NCBI GenBank assembly: GCA_046481675.1
Contig: JAWOJJ010000147.1
Span: forward strand, 16,842 to 80,841
Direction: 5' to 3'
From: Bacteroidales bacterium
GTDB taxonomy: Bacteria > Bacteroidota > Bacteroidia > Bacteroidales > UBA10428
Length of the DNA: 64,000 nucleotides
Made by a program: the position numbers and the translations under genes
Part shown: piece by piece, positions 52,219-61,346 of the stretch
Layout of the letters: every line of letters starts with the position of its first letter
How positions within the stretch are numbered: the first letter of the stretch is position 1
Notes under the pieces: generated by a model
What the model was told of the DNA's origin: nothing
Seen by the model: the letters and a program-made list of their open reading frames with translations, nothing else
Database searches by the model: none

Positions 52219-52947
52219 CTAGCCTTCCAGCACATGCAAAGCCTGGCAGGCAGCGTTTTGTTCCGCTTCTTTCTTTGAAGTTCCGCTTCCCCGGCCAACA
52301 ATATCATCAACAACAAAAAGGTGGGTAATAAATACGGGGGAATTCGACTTTTCATCCATTTCCTCGAACGAGGTAAAATTAATTGACTTCCTGTTTTTCT
52401 GTCCCCATTCAATGATCCTGCTCTTGAAGTCGGTTTCAGTGGTCAGCAGCCGGTTGATATTGATGTCGCTCTGAATGATCCGCTCCAGCACAATTTTTTT
52501 GGTCCGCCTATAACCCTTATCCAGGTATAGTGCTCCAATCAGGGCCTCCAGTGCATCCCCATAAACCGATTTGTGGTTGTCCTTTGACATCTTGGAAATG
52601 ATCATTTCGCTAATACCCAGCTTAATGGCCATGTGATTCAGGTGATCGCGGTTCACCAGCTTCGATCGGGTTTGGGTCAGAAACCCTTCCTCCTTGTCGG
52701 GAAACCTCCTGAAAAGGTATTCCGCAATCATCGAATCCAGGATTGCATCGCCCAAAAATTCAAGGCGTTCGTTATTCACCCGGGTATCATTAAAAACAAA
52801 ATTCGAGGCTGACTTATGAATAAAGGCAAGCTGATACAATTCCATATTCCTGGGATTGAATCCGAGAATACGCCTGAGTTGCCTGGTAAAACTTCTTTCG
52901 GGGGTAAACAGGTAATTCTTTTTGGGCCGGAAAATGGACTTCAACAC
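52219..52947 (-). CDS. rnc: Ribonuclease III
   Basis: Signature ERLEFLGDA and a C-terminal dsRBD (GRGSGTSKKEAEQNAA). The ATG at 53004 would overlap fabF by 53 nt. GTG 52947 or TTG 52944, just after the fabF stop, is more plausible. Confidence 0.85.
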   Translation of the reverse strand: MLKSIFRPKKNYLFTPERSFTRQLRRILGFNPRNMELYQLAFIHKSASNFVFNDTRVNNERLEFLGDAILDSMIAEYLFRRFPDKEEGFLTQTRSKLVNRDHLNHMAIKLGISEMIISKMSKDNHKSVYGDALEALIGALYLDKGYRRTKKIVLERIIQSDININRLLTTETDFKSRIIEWGQKNRKSINFTSFEEMDEKSNSPVFITHLFVVDDIVGRGSGTSKKEAEQNAACQALHVLEG

Positions 52948-52951
52948 AATA

Positions 52952-54205
52952 TTAAGCAGAGTATTTTCTGAATATAACCGAAGTATTATGGCCTCCGAAA
53001 CCAAAGGTGTTGCTTAAAGCCACATTAACGGTGCGTTTCTGGGCAACATTGAAAGTAAAATTCAGTTTGGGATCGATTTCCTCATCCTGGATTTTAAAAT
53101 TAATGGTGGGAGGAATAATATCGTACTTGGTAGCCAAAATTGCAGCAATGGCTTCAATGGCCCCGGCGGCTCCCAGCAGGTGACCGGTCATGGATTTTGT
53201 AGAACTGATATTCAATTTATAGGCATGTTCTCCAAAAACACTCCGAATGGCTCTCGACTCAGAAATATCACCCAGCGGTGTTGCTGTGCCATGAACATTG
53301 ATATAATCAAGATCCTCAGGCTTTAAATTGGCATCTTCCAAAGCATTCTTCATCACCAGCATGGCACCAAGTCCATCCGGATGAGGTGCAGTCAGATGAT
53401 AAGCGTCAGCAGACAAACCCCCACCGATCATTTCGGCGTAAATTTCAGCTCCACGGCTTTTGGCATGCTCATATTCCTCGAGGATCAAAGCTCCGCCGCC
53501 TTCGCCCAGAACAAATCCGTCGCGGGTTTTATCAAACGGACGCGATGCTGTTTTGTATTCAGCATTGTTGGTGGAGATTGCATGCATGGCATTGAATCCA
53601 CCGATGCCCGGCTCGCAGACCACTGCTTCAGCCCCTCCGGATACAAACATATCAGCCTTGCCCAACCGGATCAGGTTGTAGGCATCGATAATAGCGTTAG
53701 TGCCAGTGGCACATGCGGATACTGTTGCATAATTAGGGCCTCTGAAGCCATACTTGATTGAAATATGCCCTGCTGCAATATCCGAAATGATCTTGGGTAT
53801 AAAAAAAGGATTAAACCTGGGTATTTTGTTGCCCTTAAAATAATCCCCCAATTCGCTTAAAAAAGTATTGAAACCACCAATGCCCGAACCAAAGATTACT
53901 CCCACCCTATCCTTGTTGATCTTCTCAAGATCAATGCCCGAGTCTTTAACTGCTTCGTCAGCAGCAACCAGGGCATATATCGTAAACAGATCCAACTTCC
54001 TGGCCTCTTTCCGGTCGAAGTAATCCTCGGCTTTGAAGTTTTTAACTTCACAGGCAAATTTGGTTTTGAAATTCGTGGTGTCAAAACGAGTAATCAGGTC
54101 AGCCCCACTAACACCGTTAACTAAATTATTCCAGTATTCATTAACTTCATTTCCCAATGGGGTTACCGCACCGAGTCCGGTAACAACAACTCGCTTCAAC
54201 TCCAT
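52952..54205 (-). CDS. fabF: Beta-ketoacyl-ACP synthase II
   Basis: Active-site Cys context VSACATG, HGTATPLGD and GHLLGAAG. Confidence 0.95.
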   Translation of the reverse strand: MELKRVVVTGLGAVTPLGNEVNEYWNNLVNGVSGADLITRFDTTNFKTKFACEVKNFKAEDYFDRKEARKLDLFTIYALVAADEAVKDSGIDLEKINKDRVGVIFGSGIGGFNTFLSELGDYFKGNKIPRFNPFFIPKIISDIAAGHISIKYGFRGPNYATVSACATGTNAIIDAYNLIRLGKADMFVSGGAEAVVCEPGIGGFNAMHAISTNNAEYKTASRPFDKTRDGFVLGEGGGALILEEYEHAKSRGAEIYAEMIGGGLSADAYHLTAPHPDGLGAMLVMKNALEDANLKPEDLDYINVHGTATPLGDISESRAIRSVFGEHAYKLNISSTKSMTGHLLGAAGAIEAIAAILATKYDIIPPTINFKIQDEEIDPKLNFTFNVAQKRTVNVALSNTFGFGGHNTSVIFRKYSA

Positions 54206-54231
54206 AAATGACAGTGTTGGTAAAAAACAAA

Positions 54232-54471
54232 TTACTTCTTTACGTTCTCATCAATGTACTTGATTGCGTCGCCAACTGTGGCAATGTTCTCAGCAGCATC
54301 GTCGGGAATTCCGATATTGAACTCCTTTTCAAATTCCATGATCAACTCAACGGTATCCAGTGAATCAGCACCCAAATCGTTGGTAAAACTGGCTTCGGGG
54401 GTTACTTCGCTTTCATCAACACCTAATTTGTCAACAATAATAGCTTTTACTCTAGATGCAATGTCTGACAT
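54232..54471 (-). CDS. acpP: Acyl carrier protein
   Basis: 79 aa with the phosphopantetheine site [13 protein letters not shown]. Confidence 0.95.
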   Translation of the reverse strand: MSDIASRVKAIIVDKLGVDESEVTPEASFTNDLGADSLDTVELIMEFEKEFNIGIPDDAAENIATVGDAIKYIDENVKK

Positions 54472-54632
54472 AATACCTAATTTTAATTATTACTTTAATT
54501 TAAAAAAATGTTGTGCAAAGAAAATGCATTCATAATGAAAAAACAAACAAATTTTCAGATTTCTTTAAAAATCGGCTTTTAATTCGTTAAATCTCAGTTA
54601 ATTTGCGGTGATTTACAACCCATTATAAAACC

Positions 54633-55214
54633 ATGTACAAGCTTGCTATTTTTGCCTCAGGATCAGGTTCTAACGCCGAAAATATCATCCAACACTTTCA
54701 GCATCACCCCTCAATAGAAGTAACCTGCATATGCACCAACCGGCCCGACGCTTATGTAATTGAACGAGCGCGTAAATATAAGGTACCGGTACTCGTTTTT
54801 ACCCGCGAAGAATTCTATCAGTCGGAAATAGTTCTTGACTTTTTGCACCGCAACCAGATCAATTTCATTGTACTCGCCGGATTTCTCTGGCTGGTTCCGG
54901 AATACCTGATCAACAGTTTTCCCAATAAAATAGTCAATATCCATCCGGCCCTCCTGCCCAAATACGGGGGCAAGGGCATGTATGGCAACCGGGTGCACCA
55001 GGCCGTTATCGATCATCATGAAACCCTTTCAGGCATCACCATCCACCTGGTAAACAGCGAATATGACCGGGGCGATACCCTGTTTCAGGCCACCTGCAAG
55101 GTTGACCCCTCTGATACAGCAGAATCACTGGCTTCTAAAGTGCATCAACTGGAACATACCCATTTCCCGGGCATTATTGAACAGGAGGTAATGAAAAGGA
55201 TGAGTTCTGAATGA
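54633..55214 (+). CDS. purN: Phosphoribosylglycinamide formyltransferase
   Basis: FASGSGSNAENI and NIHPALLPKYGGKGMYG motifs. Confidence 0.9.
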   Translation: MYKLAIFASGSGSNAENIIQHFQHHPSIEVTCICTNRPDAYVIERARKYKVPVLVFTREEFYQSEIVLDFLHRNQINFIVLAGFLWLVPEYLINSFPNKIVNIHPALLPKYGGKGMYGNRVHQAVIDHHETLSGITIHLVNSEYDRGDTLFQATCKVDPSDTAESLASKVHQLEHTHFPGIIEQEVMKRMSSE

Positions 55215-55870
55215 ACTATATCGACATACATACCCATTCTTATTATCAGGACCCGGAGGTTACCCTGTTACTGAATACCTTTCCCGAAGAAACCAACAAA
55301 ACCGGCCATCCGGTTATGCTTTCCATGGGTCTTCATCCCTGGCACATCAACGAAAACAATTGGGAGGACCTCGTGGAAACAATCAGGCAATCGGCATCAA
55401 CCAACCCCCATGTTGCTGCCATTGGTGAAACAGGTCTCGACAAGACCATTTCCTGCCCTTTATCCGTGCAGGAGAAAGTATTTCTTGCCCAATTACTGGT
55501 TGCTGAGACTTACCGTAAACCGGTGGTGATTCATTGCGTCCGCTCATACAGCGAAATGCTGGCCCATCGTAAAAAATCGGATCAGCGCATACCCTGGATT
55601 TTTCACTGGTACAATGCCGACGAACAAATTGCCCGCGAACTCATTCGTAAAAACTGCTACCTGTCATTCGGGCACATGCTGTTCAACGACAAGAGCAAGG
55701 CTTTCCGGGTTTTTAAAACCACCCCCTTTGAGCATATTTTCTTCGAAACAGATGACGCAGGCTACACCATCAGGCAGGTATATGAACAAGCCGCCTTGTT
55801 GAAAAATTTGCAGGTCACCGACCTGAAAAAAAAGATAATTGATAATTTCGCCCGTTGCTTTCAAAAATAA
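55211..55870 (+). CDS. TatD-family metal-dependent hydrolase
   Basis: N-terminal IDIHTHS, GETGLD and VIHCV motifs. It overlaps purN by 4 bp. Confidence 0.8.
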   Translation: MNYIDIHTHSYYQDPEVTLLLNTFPEETNKTGHPVMLSMGLHPWHINENNWEDLVETIRQSASTNPHVAAIGETGLDKTISCPLSVQEKVFLAQLLVAETYRKPVVIHCVRSYSEMLAHRKKSDQRIPWIFHWYNADEQIARELIRKNCYLSFGHMLFNDKSKAFRVFKTTPFEHIFFETDDAGYTIRQVYEQAALLKNLQVTDLKKKIIDNFARCFQK

Positions 55871-55874
55871 GTTC

Positions 55875-56591
55875 ATGGAACATTGGTTAAGCCGCTCCGA
55901 ACTGCTGATCGGCAAAGAAAATATGGATAAACTGGCTGGCGCGCATGTGCTGGTGGCCGGACTTGGAGGTGTGGGAGGATATGCTGCCGAACAGCTTTGC
56001 AGGGCCGGTGTCGGAACACTTACCTTAATTGACGGTGATGAGGTCAGTGTTACCAATTTGAACCGGCAAGTCATTGCACTCAAAAGTAACGTGGGAAAAC
56101 CTAAGGCACAGCTCTTTGAGGAAAGGCTCAGGAACATCAACCCGGACATCAAATTGAACATCATCGGAGAATACCTGAAAGAAGACCGGTTTGCCGCCAT
56201 TTTGGATCAGAAGTTCGACTTCGTTGTGGACGCCATAGACACACTCACTCCAAAAGTTGCCCTGCTTGCCGAAACCGTTAAAAAGGGTTATCCTGTGGTT
56301 AGCTCCATGGGATCAGGCGGTAAGTTGTCGCCCGAACGAATTGAAATTGTTGATATTTCCGAAACAAACCATTGTAAATTCGCCTACATTGTCAGGAAAT
56401 ACCTGCACCGCCAGGGTGTTTACAAAGGCATTACCGCTGTTTATTCACCTGAGCCGGTAAGTAAAAAGGCCATTCGTGAAGTTACCGGAGAGGAAAACAA
56501 AAGATCGGTGGTGGGCACCATTTCGTACATGCCCCCGGTATTTGGATGCTTCTGCGCTTCGGTGGTGATCCGACACCTTATTAATGGTTAA
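55875..56591 (+). CDS. tcdA: tRNA threonylcarbamoyladenosine dehydratase (ThiF/E1-like)
   Basis: VAGLGGVGGYAAEQLCRAGVGTLTLIDGDEVSVTNLNRQ Rossmann/E1 motif. ATG 55875 is preferred. Confidence 0.8.
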   Translation: MEHWLSRSELLIGKENMDKLAGAHVLVAGLGGVGGYAAEQLCRAGVGTLTLIDGDEVSVTNLNRQVIALKSNVGKPKAQLFEERLRNINPDIKLNIIGEYLKEDRFAAILDQKFDFVVDAIDTLTPKVALLAETVKKGYPVVSSMGSGGKLSPERIEIVDISETNHCKFAYIVRKYLHRQGVYKGITAVYSPEPVSKKAIREVTGEENKRSVVGTISYMPPVFGCFCASVVIRHLING

Positions 56592-56616
56592 TCGTATCAT
56601 CTACGACTTTTTCTCC

Positions 56617-56651
56617 CCGTCTTGGTTCTTGGCTCTTGGCTCTTGATTCTA
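56617..56651. repeat. Heptamer array CCGTCTT GGTTCTT GGCTCTT GGCTCTT GATTCTA (left member of an inverted pair)
   Basis: Read directly. Its reverse complement recurs at 59115..59149. Confidence 0.85.
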
Positions 56652-56739
56652 ATCGTAATTCCTGTTAATAAAATTTTGCAACCATCCCTCCCGCTGCAAC
56701 CTTTTTATCAAGTAGTTGTCTTTTGGAAAAACCCAAACT

Positions 56740-59082
56740 ATGAAATCATCTTTACTGACAATTGCCCTGTTGCTCTGCATCTGTTTATCAATTGAATCTC
56801 AATCTATTACTCAAACCATCAGGGGAACCGTGCTCGAAATGAACACAGACATCCCCGTGGTGGGCGCCTCTGTGGTTATCCTGAATTCCAAACCTTTAAC
56901 AGGAGCTGTCACCAACGAAAAGGGAGAATTCCGGCTCGAAAAAATCCCTGTTGGCAGGCATACGCTTCAGATCAGCTTTATTGGTTTTAAAACCGTTACA
57001 CTTCCGGCACTCGACCTGATGTCGGGCAAGGAACTGGTGCTCAAGATCGCCCTTGAGGAAAACATCATCGAAACCAGTGAAGTGGTGATCAAGGCCAACG
57101 GCCGAAAAGACAGGCCCCTGAACGATATGGCCATGGTAAGTGCCCGTTCGTTTTCGGTTGAACAAACCGAAAGATACGCGGGCAGTTGGGGCGATCCGGC
57201 CAGAATGACACAAAACTTTGCCGGCGTGATGATCGGCTCCGACCAGGTCAACGCCATCATCATCAGGGGGAATTCTCCATCGGGACTGCTGTGGAAACTC
57301 GAAGGAGTGCCTATTCCCAATCCCAACCATTTCGGTGATATGGGTTCCACAAGCGGTCCGGTAAGCATGCTGAACAACAATGTGCTGAATAATTCCGACT
57401 TTTTCAGCGGGGCCTTTCCGGCGCAATACGGGAATGCCGTTTCCGGTGTTTTCGACCTGGGCCTGAGAACCGGAAACAACGAAAAACATGAATTCCTTGG
57501 CCAGGTTGGTTTTAATGGTTTCGAACTGGGTGCTGAAGGACCTTTTTCATCCAAATCAGATGCCTCTTACCTGGTCAACTACCGGTATTCCACCATGGGT
57601 GTTATGGATGCCCTGGGAATTGACATAGGCGTGGGTGCCATACCTTATTACCAGGACCTGGCGCTCAAGATCGACCTTCCGGGAACCCACCTGGGAAGAT
57701 TTACACTCTTTGGCATGGGAGGTAAGAACAGCATTACTTTTGATGATGAAAATGAGTACAACAGGCGGTATAATACGGATTTTGTTTCAAAAGTAGGGGT
57801 ACTCGGACTCACCCACATCATCCGCTCGGGAGAAAACTCCAGGTTCAAAACAACGGTTGCCGGAACCTTCCACGGAAGCAGCACATTGAGCGATACGTAT
57901 AAAAACGACATCCTGGAGGATTCCTATGGCGATGATTTTACCGAATCGGGACTCATGATATCGGAAGAATTCAGAAGCAAGCTGAACGCCCGGGATAATT
58001 TGATTATTGGCGTAACGGCAGAAGCCCTCAGCATGAATTATCTCGACAGCATGTTCATTGATGATGCGGGAATATACGTTCACCATTTTGACATGGAAGA
58101 CAACCTGGTTCTCTTTCAGGGTTACGGACAATGGCAGCATAAATTCTCAAACCGGGTATCCATGGTGTCCGGACTGCATTTTCAGAAAACCAGCATCAAT
58201 GATGAGCTGGCCATTGAGCCCCGCTTTTCACTGAACTGGCAATTGAACGAAGCACAGTCGGTAAGCCTGGGATACGGATTGCACAGTCAGATGCAGGCCC
58301 GAAAAGTGTACTTCAGGGAAGTACTCATTGACACCCTTCAAGGAACCTATGTCAAACCCAACAAAAACCTTGATTTCTCAAAAAGCCACCATATCGTCAT
58401 CGGGTATAATCATTTGTTTAATGAAAATCTGCGGTTAAAAACAGAAGCATACTACCAGGCCCTGTATGACCTGCCTGTAAAAAGTTATCCGTCAACCATT
58501 TCAACCATCAATTCCGATGCCGGCTATTACGGTATGAACCTGGACAGCCTGGTCAACAAAGGCACAGGTAGGAACCTGGGCATAGAGATCACCCTGGAAA
58601 GATTCCTGACCGGAAATTATTATTACCTGGCTACCCTGTCGCTATTCGACTCGAAATATAAGGCCAGCGATGGCAAGCTGCGTAACACAGCCTATAACGG
58701 GAATTACGTGCTGAACCTGCTGGGTGGTTATGAATTCAACCTGAAAAACCAGAATTCAATAACTGTCGACCTGAAATTCACCTGGGCAGGGGGTATGCGC
58801 ACCATCCCGATTGATTTTGAGAAATCGCAGGAGGAAGGGGCAACTGAATACGACTTTGATCATGCCTTTGAGGATGCCCAGTCGGATTACTACAGGGTCG
58901 ACCTGCGCATAGCCTACCGGATGAACCGCGCCAAATACAGCCAGGAATGGGCATTGGATATAACCAACCTCACCAATCACAAAAACCGGTTCTTCGATAT
59001 GTACAACCCCGATACCGGAAAAGTAGAAGAAGCCTCACAAATGGGAATTGTTCCGGTTATGATGTGGCGAATCAGGTTTTGA
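56740..59082 (+). CDS. TonB-dependent receptor with N-terminal CarboxypepD_reg-like domain
   Basis: Signal peptide from MKSSLLTIALLL, a carboxypeptidase-regulatory-like domain (IRGTVLEMNTDIPVVGASVVIL...GEFRLEKIPVGRHTLQISFIGF), a plug-like region and a long beta-barrel ending ...MMWRIRF (terminal aromatic). Confidence 0.8.
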   Translation: MKSSLLTIALLLCICLSIESQSITQTIRGTVLEMNTDIPVVGASVVILNSKPLTGAVTNEKGEFRLEKIPVGRHTLQISFIGFKTVTLPALDLMSGKELVLKIALEENIIETSEVVIKANGRKDRPLNDMAMVSARSFSVEQTERYAGSWGDPARMTQNFAGVMIGSDQVNAIIIRGNSPSGLLWKLEGVPIPNPNHFGDMGSTSGPVSMLNNNVLNNSDFFSGAFPAQYGNAVSGVFDLGLRTGNNEKHEFLGQVGFNGFELGAEGPFSSKSDASYLVNYRYSTMGVMDALGIDIGVGAIPYYQDLALKIDLPGTHLGRFTLFGMGGKNSITFDDENEYNRRYNTDFVSKVGVLGLTHIIRSGENSRFKTTVAGTFHGSSTLSDTYKNDILEDSYGDDFTESGLMISEEFRSKLNARDNLIIGVTAEALSMNYLDSMFIDDAGIYVHHFDMEDNLVLFQGYGQWQHKFSNRVSMVSGLHFQKTSINDELAIEPRFSLNWQLNEAQSVSLGYGLHSQMQARKVYFREVLIDTLQGTYVKPNKNLDFSKSHHIVIGYNHLFNENLRLKTEAYYQALYDLPVKSYPSTISTINSDAGYYGMNLDSLVNKGTGRNLGIEITLERFLTGNYYYLATLSLFDSKYKASDGKLRNTAYNGNYVLNLLGGYEFNLKNQNSITVDLKFTWAGGMRTIPIDFEKSQEEGATEYDFDHAFEDAQSDYYRVDLRIAYRMNRAKYSQEWALDITNLTNHKNRFFDMYNPDTGKVEEASQMGIVPVMMWRIRF

Positions 59083-59083
59083 G

Positions 59084-59149
59084 GGCAGTGGTAGTGGCAG
59101 CGGCAGCAGTAAACAAGAGCCAAGAGCCAAGAACCAAGAGTCAAGACGG
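59084..59149. repeat. Hexamer array (GGCAGT GGTAGT GGCAGC GGCAGC) followed by heptamer array AAGAGCC AAGAGCC AAGAACC AAGAGTC AAGACGG
   Basis: Read directly. It begins 2 nt after the receptor stop codon. The heptamer part (59115..59149) is the inverted partner of 56617..56651. Confidence 0.85.
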
Positions 59150-59196
59150 ACACGTTAACAGTCAAACCCCAGCACACATAACCCAATACACACACA

Positions 59197-59231
59197 TCCA
59201 GTATCTATTATCCAGTATCTAGTATCGTGTA
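59197..59231. repeat. Heptamer-phased array TCCAGTA TCTATTA TCCAGTA TCTAGTA TCGTGTA
   Basis: Read directly. The 14-bp unit TCCAGTATCTAKTA occurs twice, followed by a degenerate unit. Confidence 0.75.
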
Positions 59232-59318
59232 TACTACGGCAGGTGAATAGTATTTTGATGCTGGTATACAGTAGGTGCTGAAATATTCCTACATTTATGC
59301 ATCAAATTCTGGTCGTAA

Positions 59319-59879
59319 ATGGATAAGGAAGTAATCGCCGCAATAGCACTTGGAATAGGTTTAAGCGCCAGCGCCGGTTTCAGGGTTTTTGTTCCCCTTT
59401 TCGTAGCCAGCATTGCAGCGCATACCGGATTCCTGCCTGTAAACGAAGGTTTTCAATGGCTGGCCGGCTGGCCTGCCATGATCTGTTTTGGAACTGCTAC
59501 CGTTGCAGAAATTCTGGCTTATTACATACCGGTTGTCGACAATTTACTCGACGGCATTACCACACCGCTGTCGGTTATGGCCGGAACCCTGATGCTGACC
59601 TCTGTGTTGCCCATTGACAATGAATTTCTCAAATGGATCAGCGGTTTTGTGTTTGGGGGCGGCACAGCAGCCACCATACAGGCCGGGAGCGTTCTGACGC
59701 GACTTGCCTCTACCAAATTAACCGCCGGGGTGGGAAATCATGCAGTGGCTACCGGTGAGCACACCGCCGCCATTGGTACTTCGCTTCTTTCACTGGTGAT
59801 TCCTGTAATTATTGCCATCCTGGTATTGGTACTTCTTATTTTCATCCTGCTGAAAGTGAAGAAAAAGATAACACATTAA
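59319..59879 (+). CDS. DUF4126 family membrane protein
   Basis: 186 aa. The N-terminus IALGIGLSASAGFRVFVPLFVASIA and the overall 4-5 TM layout match DUF4126 as I remember it. Confidence 0.7.
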   Translation: MDKEVIAAIALGIGLSASAGFRVFVPLFVASIAAHTGFLPVNEGFQWLAGWPAMICFGTATVAEILAYYIPVVDNLLDGITTPLSVMAGTLMLTSVLPIDNEFLKWISGFVFGGGTAATIQAGSVLTRLASTKLTAGVGNHAVATGEHTAAIGTSLLSLVIPVIIAILVLVLLIFILLKVKKKITH

Positions 59880-59886
59880 GAAGCCA

Positions 59887-59907
59887 TTAGCTCTTAGCTC
59901 TTAGCTA
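59887..59907. repeat. Heptamer array TTAGCTC TTAGCTC TTAGCTA
   Basis: Read directly, 8 nt after the DUF4126 stop. Confidence 0.8.
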
Positions 59908-59923
59908 CTTTGCCCGCCGAAGC

Positions 59924-59943
59924 CCTGCCTGCCGGCAGGCAGG
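59924..59943. terminator. 20-bp perfect GC-rich palindrome CCTGCCTGCC|GGCAGGCAGG (possible terminator)
   Basis: Perfect palindrome followed by TTTA. It lies between two heptamer arrays. Confidence 0.4.
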
Positions 59944-59960
59944 TTTAGCGCAGGAGGGTT

Positions 59961-60009
59961 GGCTCGAAGCTCACAGCTCGAAGCTCTTAGCTCGCAGCTC
60001 GCAGCTATT
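59961..60009. repeat. Heptamer array GGCTCGA AGCTCAC AGCTCGA AGCTCTT AGCTCGC AGCTCGC AGCTATT
   Basis: Read directly: 7 units with a conserved AGCTC core. This array generates the spurious N-terminal extension MARSSQLEALSSQLAA of ORF 59959. Confidence 0.85.
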
Positions 60010-60042
60010 AAAATATACAATAAACATAACACCATTTCAAAC

Positions 60043-60888
60043 ATGAACTCTCAATTCAAAGGCTGGCAGCGGGTACTGCTGATAATTATACCCTATTTAC
60101 TGATCATGGGGATTTTTCAAATGGTTGGCCTGATCGTTGCCGGATCGGATCTTACCGACAGAAATTTCAATTTTAGCCTGTGGCAGGATGTGGTTATCAT
60201 ATTATTTACTCTTGCCGGCACCGTCCTGGTTATCTGGTTTTTCAGAAAATTCATCGACAAAGAACCCTTTGCAGAGATCGGACTTTCCATTAAAAACAGG
60301 GGAAAGGATATCGCCCTGGGCTTGTTGTTCGGATTGCTCATGATGACCCTGGGTTATGGAATACTGATCATGCTGGGTGAAATCCAGTTCGGCAGCATCA
60401 ACTTTCAGCCAACGGAACTATTGCTCAGCGTGGCGCTTTTCATCCTGGTTTCATTTAGTGAAGAACTGTTCATGAGAGGATACGTGCTGAAAAACCTGAT
60501 GTTATCCATAAATAAGTACATTGCCCTGCTGATATCATCACTTGCATTTGCAGCCATGCATTTGTTTAATCCCCATTTCAGCTTGATTACTTTTTTTGTA
60601 ATTGCCTTATCAGGCGTCATCCTCGGATTGGCTTACATCTATACCAAAAATCTTTGGTTCCCGTTCAGCCTTCATTTCAGCTGGAACTTCTTCCAGGGCA
60701 CCATTTTCGGGTTCAATGTAAGCGGACAGGATGATTATTCACTGATTGAACAGGTCCGCACGCAGGACAACCTGATCAACGGAGGGCCCTTTGGATTTGA
60801 AGGGTCGTTGCTTTCAATCGGACTTCTTGTTATTTTTACGGCAATTACCTGGAAAGTCTATTATAAACAGGACAAATTATGGCAATAG
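60043..60888 (+). CDS. CPBP-family intramembrane glutamic endopeptidase (CAAX protease/Abi family)
   Basis: Motif 1 SFSEELFMRGY (EExxxR), motif 2 FAAMH (FxxxH) and motif 3 SLHFSWNF (HxxxN), with 6-7 TM helices. ATG 60043 is preferred because upstream codons lie in a repeat array. Confidence 0.8.
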   Translation: MNSQFKGWQRVLLIIIPYLLIMGIFQMVGLIVAGSDLTDRNFNFSLWQDVVIILFTLAGTVLVIWFFRKFIDKEPFAEIGLSIKNRGKDIALGLLFGLLMMTLGYGILIMLGEIQFGSINFQPTELLLSVALFILVSFSEELFMRGYVLKNLMLSINKYIALLISSLAFAAMHLFNPHFSLITFFVIALSGVILGLAYIYTKNLWFPFSLHFSWNFFQGTIFGFNVSGQDDYSLIEQVRTQDNLINGGPFGFEGSLLSIGLLVIFTAITWKVYYKQDKLWQ

Positions 60889-61346
60889 ATTGGTTATCCG
60901 GCGTCAAAGACATCACAGGATTGATTTCCAGCCTGGGAAATCTGATCAAGAACAACCGTGCAACCGGCGACCTGTTGCTGAGAGAATTGCACATCAATAT
61001 GAAGGCTTTTGAAACAGCGCAGAAATCGGAGATCATCGATTACGACAAGCTTCTTGACCTGATTAATAACGACATGATCAAAAAGGCCCGCCAGGAACAC
61101 TATACATTTCATGCCATTAAAGCAGGAGTCATTAAGGAAGGAGATATACGTGATGAAAGAAATAAGCGCTATATCGGTAAAAATTGTGCCTGGCTTTTTA
61201 AAAATATCGATGAGAAAATTGAAGACCTGAAGAATCAAAAAAAATACCATGGCTCGCTAAACCACATTGAGAGCACAAATATCGCGCTGCAATTCTCCAA
61301 TTTGTTTTACAAAATAAAGCTGTTGGCCGAGTTCATCAGCGAATGA
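60879..61346 (+). CDS. Hypothetical soluble helical protein, translationally coupled to the CPBP gene
   Basis: 155 aa. Its ATG at 60879 overlaps the CPBP stop (60886..60888) by 10 nt. No TM segment or known motif recognised. Confidence 0.5.
   Translation: MAIDWLSGVKDITGLISSLGNLIKNNRATGDLLLRELHINMKAFETAQKSEIIDYDKLLDLINNDMIKKARQEHYTFHAIKAGVIKEGDIRDERNKRYIGKNCAWLFKNIDEKIEDLKNQKKYHGSLNHIESTNIALQFSNLFYKIKLLAEFISE

Noticed and set aside
56896-57554. Two long minus-strand ORFs (197 and 195 aa) inside the TonB-dependent receptor gene
   Set aside because: These are antisense shadows of a gene with clear domain organisation. The products are low-complexity, Pro/Ser/Gly-rich translations typical of non-coding frames.
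56617-59149. Invertible promoter (phase-variation switch) for the receptor gene
   Set aside because: The inverted repeats enclose the whole gene plus its upstream region, so inversion would not uncouple the promoter from the gene. No site-specific recombinase gene is nearby.
59959-60042. N-terminal extension of the CPBP ORF (MARSSQLEALSSQLAAIKIY...)
   Set aside because: The codons are generated by the AGCTCNN heptamer array. The internal ATG at 60043 is followed at once by the first TM helix.
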